A stretch of DNA of 32,000 bases from an uncultured Campylobacter sp. (GTDB taxonomy: Bacteria; Campylobacterota; Campylobacteria; Campylobacterales; Campylobacteraceae), in NCBI RefSeq assembly GCF_938015785.1, contig NZ_CALLWC010000066.1, positions 12,906 to 44,905 of the forward strand, read 5' to 3'. Within the stretch, counting starts at the first letter, position 1, and each line of letters opens with the position of its first letter. This document shows positions 1-8,736 of this stretch, piece by piece. The notes below the pieces were generated by a model that was given only the letters and a program-made list of their open reading frames with translations, was not told where the DNA came from and did not search any database. The position numbers were made by a program, and so were the translations under genes.

Positions 1-2454
1 GTAGCGATCCCGCAGGTGCTACTTTCGGACGCAAAATACGATATGAACGAAACTAAAATTTCCACGGGCTTTGAGGGAGCGCAGGTTGCGGATTTTGCGC
101 TGGATTTTAATAAAACGGGCACGAACTTGCGGCTAAACTCCGCCGTAAAAAGCGTAGATCTAAACCGCTCAAGCTTTGCAAACCCGCTAATTTCGGTCGT
201 TTCAAACGACACTAAAATCACGGAAAATTTCTTAAAATTTAACGCCGAAGGTAACGATACAGCCCTTCATACGGGCTTTGGCGCCTTTAATATCGCGGAT
301 ACGCAGATTACGCTAGCGCACAGCGATAAAATTTCACTCGCCGCAACCGAGCTGGGCGCATTTAGCTACGACAAGAAGGGTGCGCAAAACGGCGTAAGCC
401 TAGGGTTTGCTAAAATTTCAAACTCTAAAATCGCAAACAAAAACGGAATTTTTAGCGGATTTGAAAGCTTCGGCGTGCAAGGGGTGAATTTTAACGTCGC
501 GGATCTCGATCTGGGCGTGGATAAAATTTTGCTAAACGCGCCGTTTTTCAACTCGGAGGTGGGCGTTAGCGGAGCAAAAAGCATAAACGATCTGGCGATT
601 TTAAGCGCGATTTCTAAAAATTCTGCGAGCTCCAAAAAAACGGCGAGCTCTAGCGCCGTAAGCCAAGCGGACGCAAATTATACGGCAAGCGGCGCAAATT
701 TAAATTCTAAAAAGACTTCCAAAAGCCCCGCTTTAAAATTTAAGATCGGCGAGGCCTCCGTAACCGGCGCAAAGGCTAAGATCGGCGAGAGCTTTATCGT
801 TAAAAACAACGTGCACGAGATCAAGGATTTCAGCGCCACGCTAAGCGGGCTAAGCTCGAATTTCGCCGAGCCTTTCGGTATCAAAGCAAGCCTTATCACG
901 GGCGAGATCACCGCTAACGCGGACGGCAAGGCTAGTATCGCGCCGCTTAACGTGGGCGCGAACTTTAGCTTAAAGGCGCCGAACTTGAGCGTTTTTAACA
1001 AATATATGGCAGAATTTATCGCAGGCTCCATCGCGGGCGAGCTCGCTACGCAAGGGCAGCTGAAGCTTTCAAACACATTCTCGCTCGAAGCAAAGCTATC
1101 GGGCAAGGGCTTGGCGTTAAGCTCGGGCAGGGATAAAATTTTCTCCCTTGCGTCGCTGAATGTCGCGCAAATCGCGCTGAGCCCAAACTCTCTCGCATTA
1201 AATAAGATCGCTCTTGGCTCACCTGCGGCAAATATCTCGCTAAATAAAGACAGGCGTTTAAATTTAACTTCGCTAATAAAGCCCGCCTCGCAGGCAAAGC
1301 AGGCCGTAAAGCCCGCCGAAGCGGCACCTGGCAGATCCGCAAAAAGCAAGGCAAACTTTGCCTGGAGCGTAAAAAATATCTCGCTTAGCGGCGGAAGTTT
1401 AAATTTCACTGATGAGAGTCTAGCAACACCCTTTAAACTGCGCATCAGCGATATGAAAGCAAGCATCAGCGAGATCAGCCCGAAGCGAGCGGCGGATATC
1501 AAGCTTAGCTCGCTCGTAAGCGGAAGCGGGTTAGCGAGCATCACGGCGCGCGCCTATCCGCTGGACTTTAAACGCAAAAGCGACATAAACGTCGTTTTAA
1601 AGGAGATTCCGCTTGTGCCCGCATCGCCCTATACCGCCAAATATATCGGCAATGAAATCGCGGGCGGCAAGTTAAATTTAAAACTTGCCTACAAAATCGA
1701 CGATGGCAAGCTAAACGCAAGCAATGATCTAAATTTAGACCGCTTCGAGCTCGGCAAAGAGGTGCAGAGCAAGGATGCGCTGAGCCTTCCGATCGGTCTA
1801 GTGGTATCGATTCTAAAGGACAGCGACGATCAGATCGATATTAGCCTGCCTCTAAGCGGCACGCTGAGCGATCCGAAATTTAGCTACGGCGCGCTGGTTT
1901 GGGGTGCGGTCAAAAAGCTGCTCTCGGATATCGTGTTAAGTCCGTTTAGATTTATGGGAAAGATCGCGGGCGTAGATACGAAAAAGCTCGAAAGTATCGA
2001 TTTTGAGGCGGCGAGCAGTGAAATTTTAATCAGTGAAAACTCTAAAATCGATGATTTGGCCAAGGTCGCAAAAGCCAAGCCCGAACTTAAGATCATTCTA
2101 AACTCCGCATATAACGAAAAGTTCGATACTCACGAGTTTAAAAGGCGATCTCTGCAAAACACTCTCACGCTGATGTCCAATAAACAAGGCCTCTCCACGG
2201 ATGAAGCCATAGCGGCGCTTAAGATCAAATACGGCATCAAATCCGGCGGCGATGAGGCGATGGAGGAGCTGATAGGGGCGCAGAAATTTACCCGCTCCCG
2301 TCTTGATGAGCTAGCCCTTGCCAGGGCGGCCGCCGTGCAAGCGGCACTCGTGCAGCGCGGCGTAAGCGCCTCTCGCATAGAGATCAAAAAACCAAGCGAA
2401 GCGGTGCTTAAACAAAACAGCTTCATCCCGCTAAACCTGGGTCTTGAAAAATAG
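1..2454 (+). CDS. DUF748/AsmA-like large envelope protein, 5' end probably outside the window
   Basis: The frame is open from base 1 (VAIPQ precedes the GTG at 16). The product is 812+ aa, with a Ser/Ala/Asn/Lys-rich repetitive first half. The segment IDISLPLSGTLSDPKFSYGALVWGAVKKLL matches the conserved DUF748/AsmA-type C-terminal motif as I remember it. The tail LARAAAVQAALVQRGVSASRIEI looks OmpA/MotB-like. Family call is by resemblance only. Confidence 0.6.
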   Translation, partial: VAIPQVLLSDAKYDMNETKISTGFEGAQVADFALDFNKTGTNLRLNSAVKSVDLNRSSFANPLISVVSNDTKITENFLKFNAEGNDTALHTGFGAFNIADTQITLAHSDKISLAATELGAFSYDKKGAQNGVSLGFAKISNSKIANKNGIFSGFESFGVQGVNFNVADLDLGVDKILLNAPFFNSEVGVSGAKSINDLAILSAISKNSASSKKTASSSAVSQADANYTASGANLNSKKTSKSPALKFKIGEASVTGAKAKIGESFIVKNNVHEIKDFSATLSGLSSNFAEPFGIKASLITGEITANADGKASIAPLNVGANFSLKAPNLSVFNKYMAEFIAGSIAGELATQGQLKLSNTFSLEAKLSGKGLALSSGRDKIFSLASLNVAQIALSPNSLALNKIALGSPAANISLNKDRRLNLTSLIKPASQAKQAVKPAEAAPGRSAKSKANFAWSVKNISLSGGSLNFTDESLATPFKLRISDMKASISEISPKRAADIKLSSLVSGSGLASITARAYPLDFKRKSDINVVLKEIPLVPASPYTAKYIGNEIAGGKLNLKLAYKIDDGKLNASNDLNLDRFELGKEVQSKDALSLPIGLVVSILKDSDDQIDISLPLSGTLSDPKFSYGALVWGAVKKLLSDIVLSPFRFMGKIAGVDTKKLESIDFEAASSEILISENSKIDDLAKVAKAKPELKIILNSAYNEKFDTHEFKRRSLQNTLTLMSNKQGLSTDEAIAALKIKYGIKSGGDEAMEELIGAQKFTRSRLDELALARAAAVQAALVQRGVSASRIEIKKPSEAVLKQNSFIPLNLGLEK

Positions 2455-2504
2455 CGTAAGCAAAATTTGGCTATACTAAGCGGACTAAATTTAAAGGAAC
2501 GGCG

Positions 2505-3266
2505 ATGATAAATATAGGAATTCACGGCGGAAGCGGCAGAATGGGCACGATGATCTACGAATGCCTGAAAAATTTCGATCAGGCGCGAGCAAGCATGATC
2601 TACACGGTCGCACCGCTTGATTATACGCCGAGCTGCGCCGTAACGAGCAGCTACGACGAGCTTTTTAGCGGCTGCGACGTCGTGATAGACTTCACGATCC
2701 GAGACGGCGCGATAAGCTTAATGAAATTTGCGCTTTCGCATCCAAAGCCGCTTTGCATCGGCACGACGGCTCTGGGCGAGGAGGGCGAGCGGCTACTGCG
2801 CGAATGCGGCGCAAAGATGCCCGTGTTGCACGCTACGAATATGAGCCTGGGCGTCGCGGTGCTAAACAAGCTCGTAGCGCTTGCTAGCAGGATCCTACGC
2901 GATTTTGACTGCGAAATTTTAGAGATGCACCACCGCCACAAAAAAGACGCCCCAAGCGGCACGGCGATGAGCCTTGCGGAAAGCGCCGCAAGTGCGCGCG
3001 AGCTAAGCTTAAAGGACGTGCGCATAAGCGGTCGCGACGGGCTCATCGGCGAGCGCGGCAAGGACGAGATCGCCGTGATGTCGCTGCGCGGCGGCGATAT
3101 AGTCGGGCGCCACACCGTGGGGTTTTACGGCGAGGGCGAGTTCGTCGAGCTAAATCATACAGCGACTTCGCGCGCGACCTTTGCCAGAGGCGCGATAAAG
3201 GCAGCGGTATGGCTAGCGCCCCAAAATAGCGGGCTTTACGGCATCGACGACTGCTTAGGAATCTAG
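2505..3266 (+). CDS. dapB: 4-hydroxy-tetrahydrodipicolinate reductase
   Basis: N-terminal Rossmann motif [11 protein letters not shown]. Diagnostic DapB signature [15 protein letters not shown]. 253 aa. RBS AAAGGAA lies upstream of the ATG. Confidence 0.95.
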   Translation: MINIGIHGGSGRMGTMIYECLKNFDQARASMIYTVAPLDYTPSCAVTSSYDELFSGCDVVIDFTIRDGAISLMKFALSHPKPLCIGTTALGEEGERLLRECGAKMPVLHATNMSLGVAVLNKLVALASRILRDFDCEILEMHHRHKKDAPSGTAMSLAESAASARELSLKDVRISGRDGLIGERGKDEIAVMSLRGGDIVGRHTVGFYGEGEFVELNHTATSRATFARGAIKAAVWLAPQNSGLYGIDDCLGI

Positions 3267-3294
3267 GCTTTGCGGCTAAATTTAAGAGGAAAAA

Positions 3295-3486
3295 ATGCCA
3301 ACCAAAGATGAAATTTTAAATTTTCTGCGCGAGCCCAAGCCCGAGCTTGAAATCTTTGGAATTTACAAAGTCGGGCTATTCGGCAGCTACGCCAAAGGCG
3401 GAGCGAATATCGCCGAGAGGTTTAAAATTTCAGCCGATCTATTTGATGAGGCGCCGGCAAAATGCCGGACGGCAAGCCGTCAATGA
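3295..3486 (+). pseudogene. Truncated minimal nucleotidyltransferase (MntA-like antitoxin) remnant, 63 codons
   Basis: The first ~36 aa (KDEILNFL...IYKVGLFGSYAKGG) match the N-terminus and GS-x-A-R/K-G motif of MNT-type nucleotidyltransferases. The catalytic D-x-D segment that should follow is absent in all three frames. No HepT/DUF86 partner follows. A strong RBS (AAGAGG) is retained. Confidence 0.45.
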
Positions 3487-3538
3487 TAAAACAAAATATA
3501 GATAAATTTCTAAAAAATAAAATTTAAGAGGTTAGAAA

Positions 3539-4885
3539 ATGTGCGCAATCGTGGGAGTCATAAATTCCGAAGGTGCGGCTAAGACCGCGTATTACGGGCT
3601 TTTTGCCATGCAGCACCGCGGCCAGGAGGCAAGCGGTATCAGCTCGAGCTTCAACCATCACATCAAAACGATCAAAGCCACAGGGCTAGTGACGGAGGTT
3701 TTTAGCTCCGCGAGTTTTGAAATTTTAAAGGGCAACATCGCGATCGGTCACAACCGCTACGGCACCGCGGGTGCAGATAGTCTAAAGGACGCACAGCCCG
3801 TTGCGGGCAACTACGCTCTTGGGGAGATCTCTATCGTTCATAACGGAAATTTGATCAATAAAGACGAAATTCGCCGCAAGCTCGTAAGCGAGGGCGCGAT
3901 TTTTCAGTCCGGCATGGACACCGAAAATATCCTGCACCTCATCGCACGCAGCAAGCAGGAGCATCTAAAAGATCGCATCATCGAGGCGCTGCAGCAGTGC
4001 GTGGGCGCGTATTCGCTTCTGATTTTAAGCCGTTCGAAGATGTTTGCCGTGCGCGATCGCTACGGCGTGCGTCCGCTCAGCATCGGCAGGCTAAAAGACG
4101 GCGGCTACATCGTCGCGAGCGAGACCTGCGCGTTTGATCTCGTAGGAGCCGAGTTCGTCCGCGACGTGAAACCCGGCGAGATGGTGATCTTCGAAGAGGG
4201 CAAGGATGAGTTTAGCTCGCTTGAAATTTTAAAAGCCGCGGAAGCTAGAATTTGCGCGTTTGAATACATCTACTTCGCGCGCCCAGACAGCGTCGTAGAG
4301 GGCAAAAACGTATACGAGGTCAGAAAAAAGCTGGGCGCTGCGCTCGCGCGAAAATGCGGGAGTTTAAAAGCCGATTTCGTCGTGCCCGTGCCCGATAGCG
4401 GCGTACCGGCGGCGCTTGGTTTTGCGCAAGAGAGCAAAATCCCTTTTGAGATGGCGATCGTGCGCAACCACTACATCGGCCGCACCTTCATCGAGCCGAC
4501 GCAAGAGGTGCGAAATTTAAAGGTCAAACTCAAGCTAAATCCGATCGGCGCGGCACTGCACGGCAAGAGCGTCGCGGTGATCGATGACAGCATCGTACGC
4601 GGCACCACGAGCAAAAAGATCGTCGAGCTTCTGCGCCACGCGGGCGCGGCGCGCGTGCATATGTGTATCGCAAGCCCGGAGCTAAAGTATCCCGAGCGCT
4701 ACGGCATCGACACGCCGAGCGTGCGCGAACTGATCGCTGCAAATATGAGCACGGATGAAATTTGTAAATTTATAGGCGCCGATAGCCTCACATTCCTTAG
4801 CGTACCGGAGCTCGTAGAAGCGCTTGGGGGCGAGCGCAAATACTCGCTCGTAAGCTTCGACGGCGATTATTTCATCAAAGATTAG
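3539..4885 (+). CDS. purF: Amidophosphoribosyltransferase
   Basis: MCAIVGV Ntn-type N-terminus with nucleophile Cys2. PRPP-binding loop VAVIDDSIVRGTTSKKIV. 448 aa. RBS AAGAGG. Confidence 0.95.
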   Translation: MCAIVGVINSEGAAKTAYYGLFAMQHRGQEASGISSSFNHHIKTIKATGLVTEVFSSASFEILKGNIAIGHNRYGTAGADSLKDAQPVAGNYALGEISIVHNGNLINKDEIRRKLVSEGAIFQSGMDTENILHLIARSKQEHLKDRIIEALQQCVGAYSLLILSRSKMFAVRDRYGVRPLSIGRLKDGGYIVASETCAFDLVGAEFVRDVKPGEMVIFEEGKDEFSSLEILKAAEARICAFEYIYFARPDSVVEGKNVYEVRKKLGAALARKCGSLKADFVVPVPDSGVPAALGFAQESKIPFEMAIVRNHYIGRTFIEPTQEVRNLKVKLKLNPIGAALHGKSVAVIDDSIVRGTTSKKIVELLRHAGAARVHMCIASPELKYPERYGIDTPSVRELIAANMSTDEICKFIGADSLTFLSVPELVEALGGERKYSLVSFDGDYFIKD

Positions 4886-4905
4886 CGAATTTAAAGGAGC
4901 AAACT

Positions 4906-5262
4906 ATGACAAAATTTAAGATTAAGCGCGTCTATGAGAGCGCAGAGGAAGAGGATGGATTTCGCGTGCTTTGCGACAGGCTTTGGCCGCGCGGCATAAA
5001 AAAAGATGCGCTGGAGCTTGATATGTGGGCAAAAGACATAACGCCTAGCACCGAAATACGCAAGCTTTTCGCGCATAAGCCTGAGAATTTCGCCCATTTT
5101 AAGGAGCTTTACCTAGCCGAACTTGAGCAAAATCCCGCCGTAGCGGAGTTTTTAAAAGCGGTTAAAAACGAGCCGGTCGTCACGCTGCTATATGCCGCAA
5201 AGGACGAGCACTGCAACCACGCGATGATTCTGCGTGATTTTCTGCAAAGCAAGGTGCGCTAA
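4906..5262 (+). CDS. yeaO: DUF488 family protein (YeaO-like)
   Basis: IKRVYESAEEEDGFRVLCDRLWPRGIKK...ITPSTEIRKLF...LLYAAKDEHCNHA aligns along its whole length with E. coli YeaO as recalled. 118 aa. RBS AAAGGAG. Confidence 0.85.
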   Translation: MTKFKIKRVYESAEEEDGFRVLCDRLWPRGIKKDALELDMWAKDITPSTEIRKLFAHKPENFAHFKELYLAELEQNPAVAEFLKAVKNEPVVTLLYAAKDEHCNHAMILRDFLQSKVR

Positions 5263-5713
5263 AATTTTGCGCTCAAAGCGCACTGCTCGCCATATTTTAA
5301 AGCAAATGTAAAATCGCCTCGCTCGCCAAAATCCACTCGTAAAAACCGATGTACAAGGCGCAAAATTCAGCGAACAGGCGTGAGCGGAGCGCTCTTAAAG
5401 CCTTACTAGGCGTAATTTGAGATAAATTTTCTATCCGGATGTACACTTCGCAGATGCGCAAAACAAACGCTAAATTTTGCGTCAGAGCTCTAAAAAAACG
5501 CAAAATTTCAAGGAAAATGACTCGATTTAATATGCAAATTTAGAATTTCATCTATTTTTTAACGCTATTTTTCATAATGCAAGCTAGGAATTTAAAAAGT
5601 GAGCTTAATATAAATTCGCAACAAATTAAATTAATTTCTTACATGCAGCATTTTTAAATTTCATTTAAGGATTTGCCGCTAACATTGCTCGTAATTTTTT
5701 ACAAGGAGAAACA

Positions 5714-6139
5714 ATGGCAATAAGTGCTAGAAATCAGCTTCACGTCGTAATCAGCGACGTAAAAATAGGTGCGGTAAATTCGCTAATCACAGCTAAAACC
5801 AGAGGCGGCGACGTGCTAAAAGCGACCGTTACGGTCGATTCTGAAAAAACTTTGGATTTAAAAGCAGGCAAAGAGGCGGTATTTTTATTCAAAGCCCCAA
5901 ATGTCATCATTTCAAAGGGAGAAAATGATCTTCGCCTAAGTGCTGCAAATCAACTAAAAGGCAAAATCACCGCCGTTAAAGAGGGCGCAATCAATGCTGA
6001 AATCGATGTCAGAACCGCAGGCGGTGAGAATCTAAGCGCGATCGTCACAAACGGCTCCGTTAAAAATTTGGCGCTAGCAGTCGGCGACGAAGTAACCGCG
6101 ATCGTCAAAGCTACTCAAATCATCGTCGGTGTAAAATAA
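5714..6139 (+). CDS. Molybdate-binding protein with two tandem Mop/TOBE domains (molbindin)
   Basis: Two ~70-aa repeats each open with the Mop signature (ISARNQLHVVISDVKIGAVNS and LSAANQLKGKITAVKEGAINA). 141 aa. RBS AAGGAG. Confidence 0.8.
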   Translation: MAISARNQLHVVISDVKIGAVNSLITAKTRGGDVLKATVTVDSEKTLDLKAGKEAVFLFKAPNVIISKGENDLRLSAANQLKGKITAVKEGAINAEIDVRTAGGENLSAIVTNGSVKNLALAVGDEVTAIVKATQIIVGVK

Positions 6140-6186
6140 TCCTGCATTGTGCGAACCGATGTGCACGCTTTAAACATCACAAAATC

Positions 6187-6234
6187 AAGGAGCGAAATTT
6201 TATAAATTCTGCTCCTTCTTCAAAAACCTTTTTT
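6187..6234 (+). terminator. Possible intrinsic terminator after the molbindin gene
   Basis: AAGGAGC (6187-6193) pairs perfectly with GCTCCTT (6211-6217). A T6 run lies at 6229-6234. The loop is long (17 nt) and the T-run is 11 nt from the stem, so this is weak. Confidence 0.35.
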
Positions 6235-6727
6235 GATAAATCAAATTTCGTAGCAGCTCAAATCGCGCTATAAGCGCTCTTTTCTCTCATGCGCGCAGAT
6301 ACACCCCGCGCGGCGACATCCAGCCCCAATCACACCAAGAGCGGTCTTACCCTATTTTACCGCAGTGCGCATTTTGCGCAGGATTTGCATCCATTCATCG
6401 CGCAAGCCCCACTAGCACGAGATATCTATGAAACGCGGGCTCCTCTTCACTCTGCCCGCTCGCTTATAGCAATGCGCTTTCATATTTTACGCGCTTGCTG
6501 CGGCGCTACTTTGCTCGGTAATGACCGATCACCACACTTTTACAGCGGCAGGCTCGGCATATCTTTTCGCGGCGGCGGTACGATGTTTTACAAAATACTA
6601 CGCGATGCGGTAAATTTTAAAATTTAAACTCTCCAAGCGCGACAGAGACCGCTTCGCAAAACCCACATCCGATCCAAAAAGATCACGACACGCACTTCAC
6701 CCCCTACTTTGCCGCTTGCTGCGAAAT

Positions 6728-7030
6728 TTAACCACTCTTGCGCAAATAGGACACGATGAGTTTTACGCCGATGACTGCGAGCCGAACGCCATTCGTGCCT
6801 CCATAGATGACAACATTAGCTAGCCGATGCGCGCGTTTAAATACGCTTATACCTTGTAAGCAATCAACACTGGCTACAACGAGTGCATACACGTATTAGT
6901 TAGTCGCAACAGTCCATAGCGTGTTTTGATTCACTTTAAGCTTTTGTCGATCGGCTCGTTAAAAGGCGTAGATTCCGCGAATAAAATCACTCTTGTAAAA
7001 TTTCAGCTCATCGCCGCGGGTAACGGGCAT
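6728..7030 (-). pseudogene. Possible decayed ORF directly downstream of the KefG-like gene (two in-frame TAA stops)
   Basis: My hand translation of one minus frame gives MPVTRGDELKFYKSDFIRGIYAF*RADRQKLKVNQNTLWTVATN*YVYALVVASVDCLQGISVFKRAHRLANVVIYGGTNGVRLAVIGVKLIVSYLRKSG*. The internal stops are at 6959-6961 and 6896-6898. The ATG lies 8 nt after the upstream stop. No family recognised. Confidence 0.2.
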
Positions 7031-7038
7031 TTGCTTTG

Positions 7039-7587
7039 CTAAATTTGATACTCGCCGGGACTTAGTTCGCCTCGTAAAAGTTTGCCGAAGCGTGCGGCCG
7101 CGGTCTCTACGGCATCGTCGCCAAACTCGCCCGGCTCAAATCCGCCGCTGATAAACGGCACGGCAAAATCCATCCCGCAGTAGTTTGCCGCGATCTTAAG
7201 CGGAGTTAAAATTTCATCCATGCTATAGCCTATCGCGCCCTGTTTAGAGTACTCGCTAAGCGGTGTACTGGCGCTTAGCGCGAGCTGTAGGACCTTGCCC
7301 TTAAGCGCGCTGGAGCCCACCAGCTCGTGCGAAAAGACGATGTCGATATAGGCTTTTAGCATAGGCGGCACGTTTAGCCAGTACAGCGGGTACAAAAATA
7401 CGATGCGATCTGCGCCGCGTAGCGCGTCTTGCTCTGCGCGGGCGTCGATGCGCGTAGTATCGGTGCCGTAAAGTCCCTCCAAATGGCGTACCTCTACGCC
7501 AGCAGCGCTCTTTACGACCTGCGATAGAGCTTTGTTCACGCGCGAGGCGGCGAAATTAGGATGCGATAAGATCACGAGCGTTTTCAT
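7039..7587 (-). CDS. Flavodoxin-like fold NAD(P)H (quinone) oxidoreductase, KefG/KefF-like
   Basis: MKTLVILSHPN... and IVFLYPLYWLNVPPMLKAYID plus LTPLKIAA resemble the KefG pattern (AHP..., FQHPLY.YS.PALLK.WLD, PFEL). 182 aa. RBS AAAGGAAA. Confidence 0.8.
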   Translation of the reverse strand: MKTLVILSHPNFAASRVNKALSQVVKSAAGVEVRHLEGLYGTDTTRIDARAEQDALRGADRIVFLYPLYWLNVPPMLKAYIDIVFSHELVGSSALKGKVLQLALSASTPLSEYSKQGAIGYSMDEILTPLKIAANYCGMDFAVPFISGGFEPGEFGDDAVETAAARFGKLLRGELSPGEYQI

Positions 7588-7953
7588 GTTATTTCCTTTG
7601 TTAAAATTTGCAGAATCATATCGTTAAAAAGCTAAAAGTAGATTAAGAGGGGTTGTAAAAATGAAGAGTTATTTTTTCTTGTGAGGAACCTGGATTTGCG
7701 TGGCACGATAGATACGAAGCGCTCTCGTACCATACTGCCTCAAGGCATGTGCAACAAAATGTTTTTACGCGTGCCGCAAAGCAAGCCCCTAGCCCGCTCT
7801 TGTCTAAAACGATCTCGCTTGCGATCCACCCAATCGCGTGCAGCTGCGGCGCGGGACGAAATTTCATCCAAGCAAGGATAAATTTATGAAAAAAGATTAA
7901 AATTTAGCCGCGATTTGGGCTACGAGCCCGAAAATTTCAAAAAAGGAAACGAT

Positions 7954-8481
7954 ATGCAGAGAAAAACACAGATCGAAGACGAGTTCAGCGCAGAGGATCG
8001 CGAGCGCAAAATCACGCTGCAAGCGGGAGACGCGGCGCCCGCTTTTGCGCTGCAAAACTCCGACGGAGCGAGCGTCGCGCTAAAGGACTTTGCGGGAAAA
8101 AAGGTCGCGCTGTATTTTTACCCCAAGGATAACACCCCCGGCTGCACGACCGAAGCGTGCGAATTTAGCGCCGCATACGATGATTTTATCGCCGAGGGCT
8201 GCGTGATCGTCGGCATCAGCCCCGACAGCGCCAAATCTCACGCGGGCTTCATCGCCAAGCAAAGCCTAAAGCACATCCTGCTGAGCGATCCGCAGCACGA
8301 GGTAGCCAAGCTATACGGAGCGTGGCAAGTACGCAAAAACTACGGGCGCGAGTATCTGGGCATCGTGCGCTCGACTTTTCTGATCGGCGCGGACGGCAAA
8401 ATTTTAAAGGTCTATAAAAGCGTCAAGGCAAAGGATCACGCCGCAAAAGTGCTCGCGGATCTGCTAGCTGCGGGGAAATAA
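7954..8481 (+). CDS. bcp: Thioredoxin-dependent peroxiredoxin Bcp
   Basis: GDAAPAFAL...KKVALYFYPKDNTPGCTTEACEF contains the peroxidatic T-x-x-C motif typical of Bcp. I prefer the ATG at 7954, preceded by AAAGGAAA, over the TTG at 7915 used by the ORF track. The exact start is uncertain. Confidence 0.9.
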   Translation: MQRKTQIEDEFSAEDRERKITLQAGDAAPAFALQNSDGASVALKDFAGKKVALYFYPKDNTPGCTTEACEFSAAYDDFIAEGCVIVGISPDSAKSHAGFIAKQSLKHILLSDPQHEVAKLYGAWQVRKNYGREYLGIVRSTFLIGADGKILKVYKSVKAKDHAAKVLADLLAAGK

Positions 8482-8535
8482 AGCGCTAGGCGGTGTTTTG
8501 AAGCGGGGCTCCGGCGCATTTGGGCGCTAAGCTTT

Positions 8536-8670
8536 AATATGAAATTTATGCGCTGAAATTTGCTATGGAATTTCGGCGTCAAATTTAGGCGCCGAAATTC
8601 CAGCATTAAAATTTAGTCTTGAAATTTTGCCCTAGAATTCCGTCGCCCATTTGAAAATGAAATTTCAAAG
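8536..8670. repeat. Phased array of nine RAATTY words (about 13-nt period)
   Basis: Hexamer starts are at 8542, 8556, 8568, 8581, 8595, 8609, 8622, 8635 and 8660. They are AAATTT, GAATTT, AAATTC or GAATTC. Spacings are 14, 12, 13, 14, 14, 13, 13 and 25 nt. Confidence 0.85.
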
Positions 8671-8736
8671 CGGAGCTATAACTGCGATTCTAGCGGCAAA
8701 TTTTATCGCCCCAAAATAAAATTTTAAAGGAAAAAT

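Noticed and set aside
678-1544. Long antisense ORFs opposite real genes: 678-1544, 12061-12597, 24007-24504, 30731-31525, 14693-15064 and others in the track.
   Set aside because: Each lies fully inside a gene with strong family motifs on the other strand. Their products are low-complexity (Leu/Ser/Ala/Arg/Phe-rich) with no RBS context. They are typical shadow ORFs produced by codon bias and palindromic AAATTT words.
5297-5503. 68-aa minus-strand ORF between yeaO and the molbindin gene.
   Set aside because: There is no RBS and no motif, and it lies in an A/T-rich promoter-like spacer.
5504-5713. A Moco riboswitch or ModE operator upstream of the molbindin gene.
   Set aside because: The leader is very A/T-rich. 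I could find neither the conserved GC-rich Moco-motif helices nor a convincing TATAT-N7-TAYAT-type palindrome.
6289-6627. 112-aa plus-strand ORF in the mop-kefG gap.
   Set aside because: The composition is Arg/Ala/His/Pro-rich with no motif. No RBS precedes the ATG and no family resemblance is visible. It is treated as chance ORF within possibly decayed DNA.
7643-7881. Two mutually overlapping small ORFs (74 aa on the minus strand, 66 aa on the plus strand) in the kefG-bcp spacer.
   Set aside because: They overlap each other on opposite strands. They lack RBSs and recognisable motifs, and are Cys/Arg-rich. This is more likely a promoter or leader region for the divergent genes.
8536-8670. 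Reading the periodic spacer arrays (also 9831-9925 and 24640-24725) as CRISPR arrays.
   Set aside because: The periods are only 8-20 nt and the repeat core is a 6-11-nt word. There are no 25-40-nt conserved repeats alternating with unique spacers, and no cas genes are in the window.
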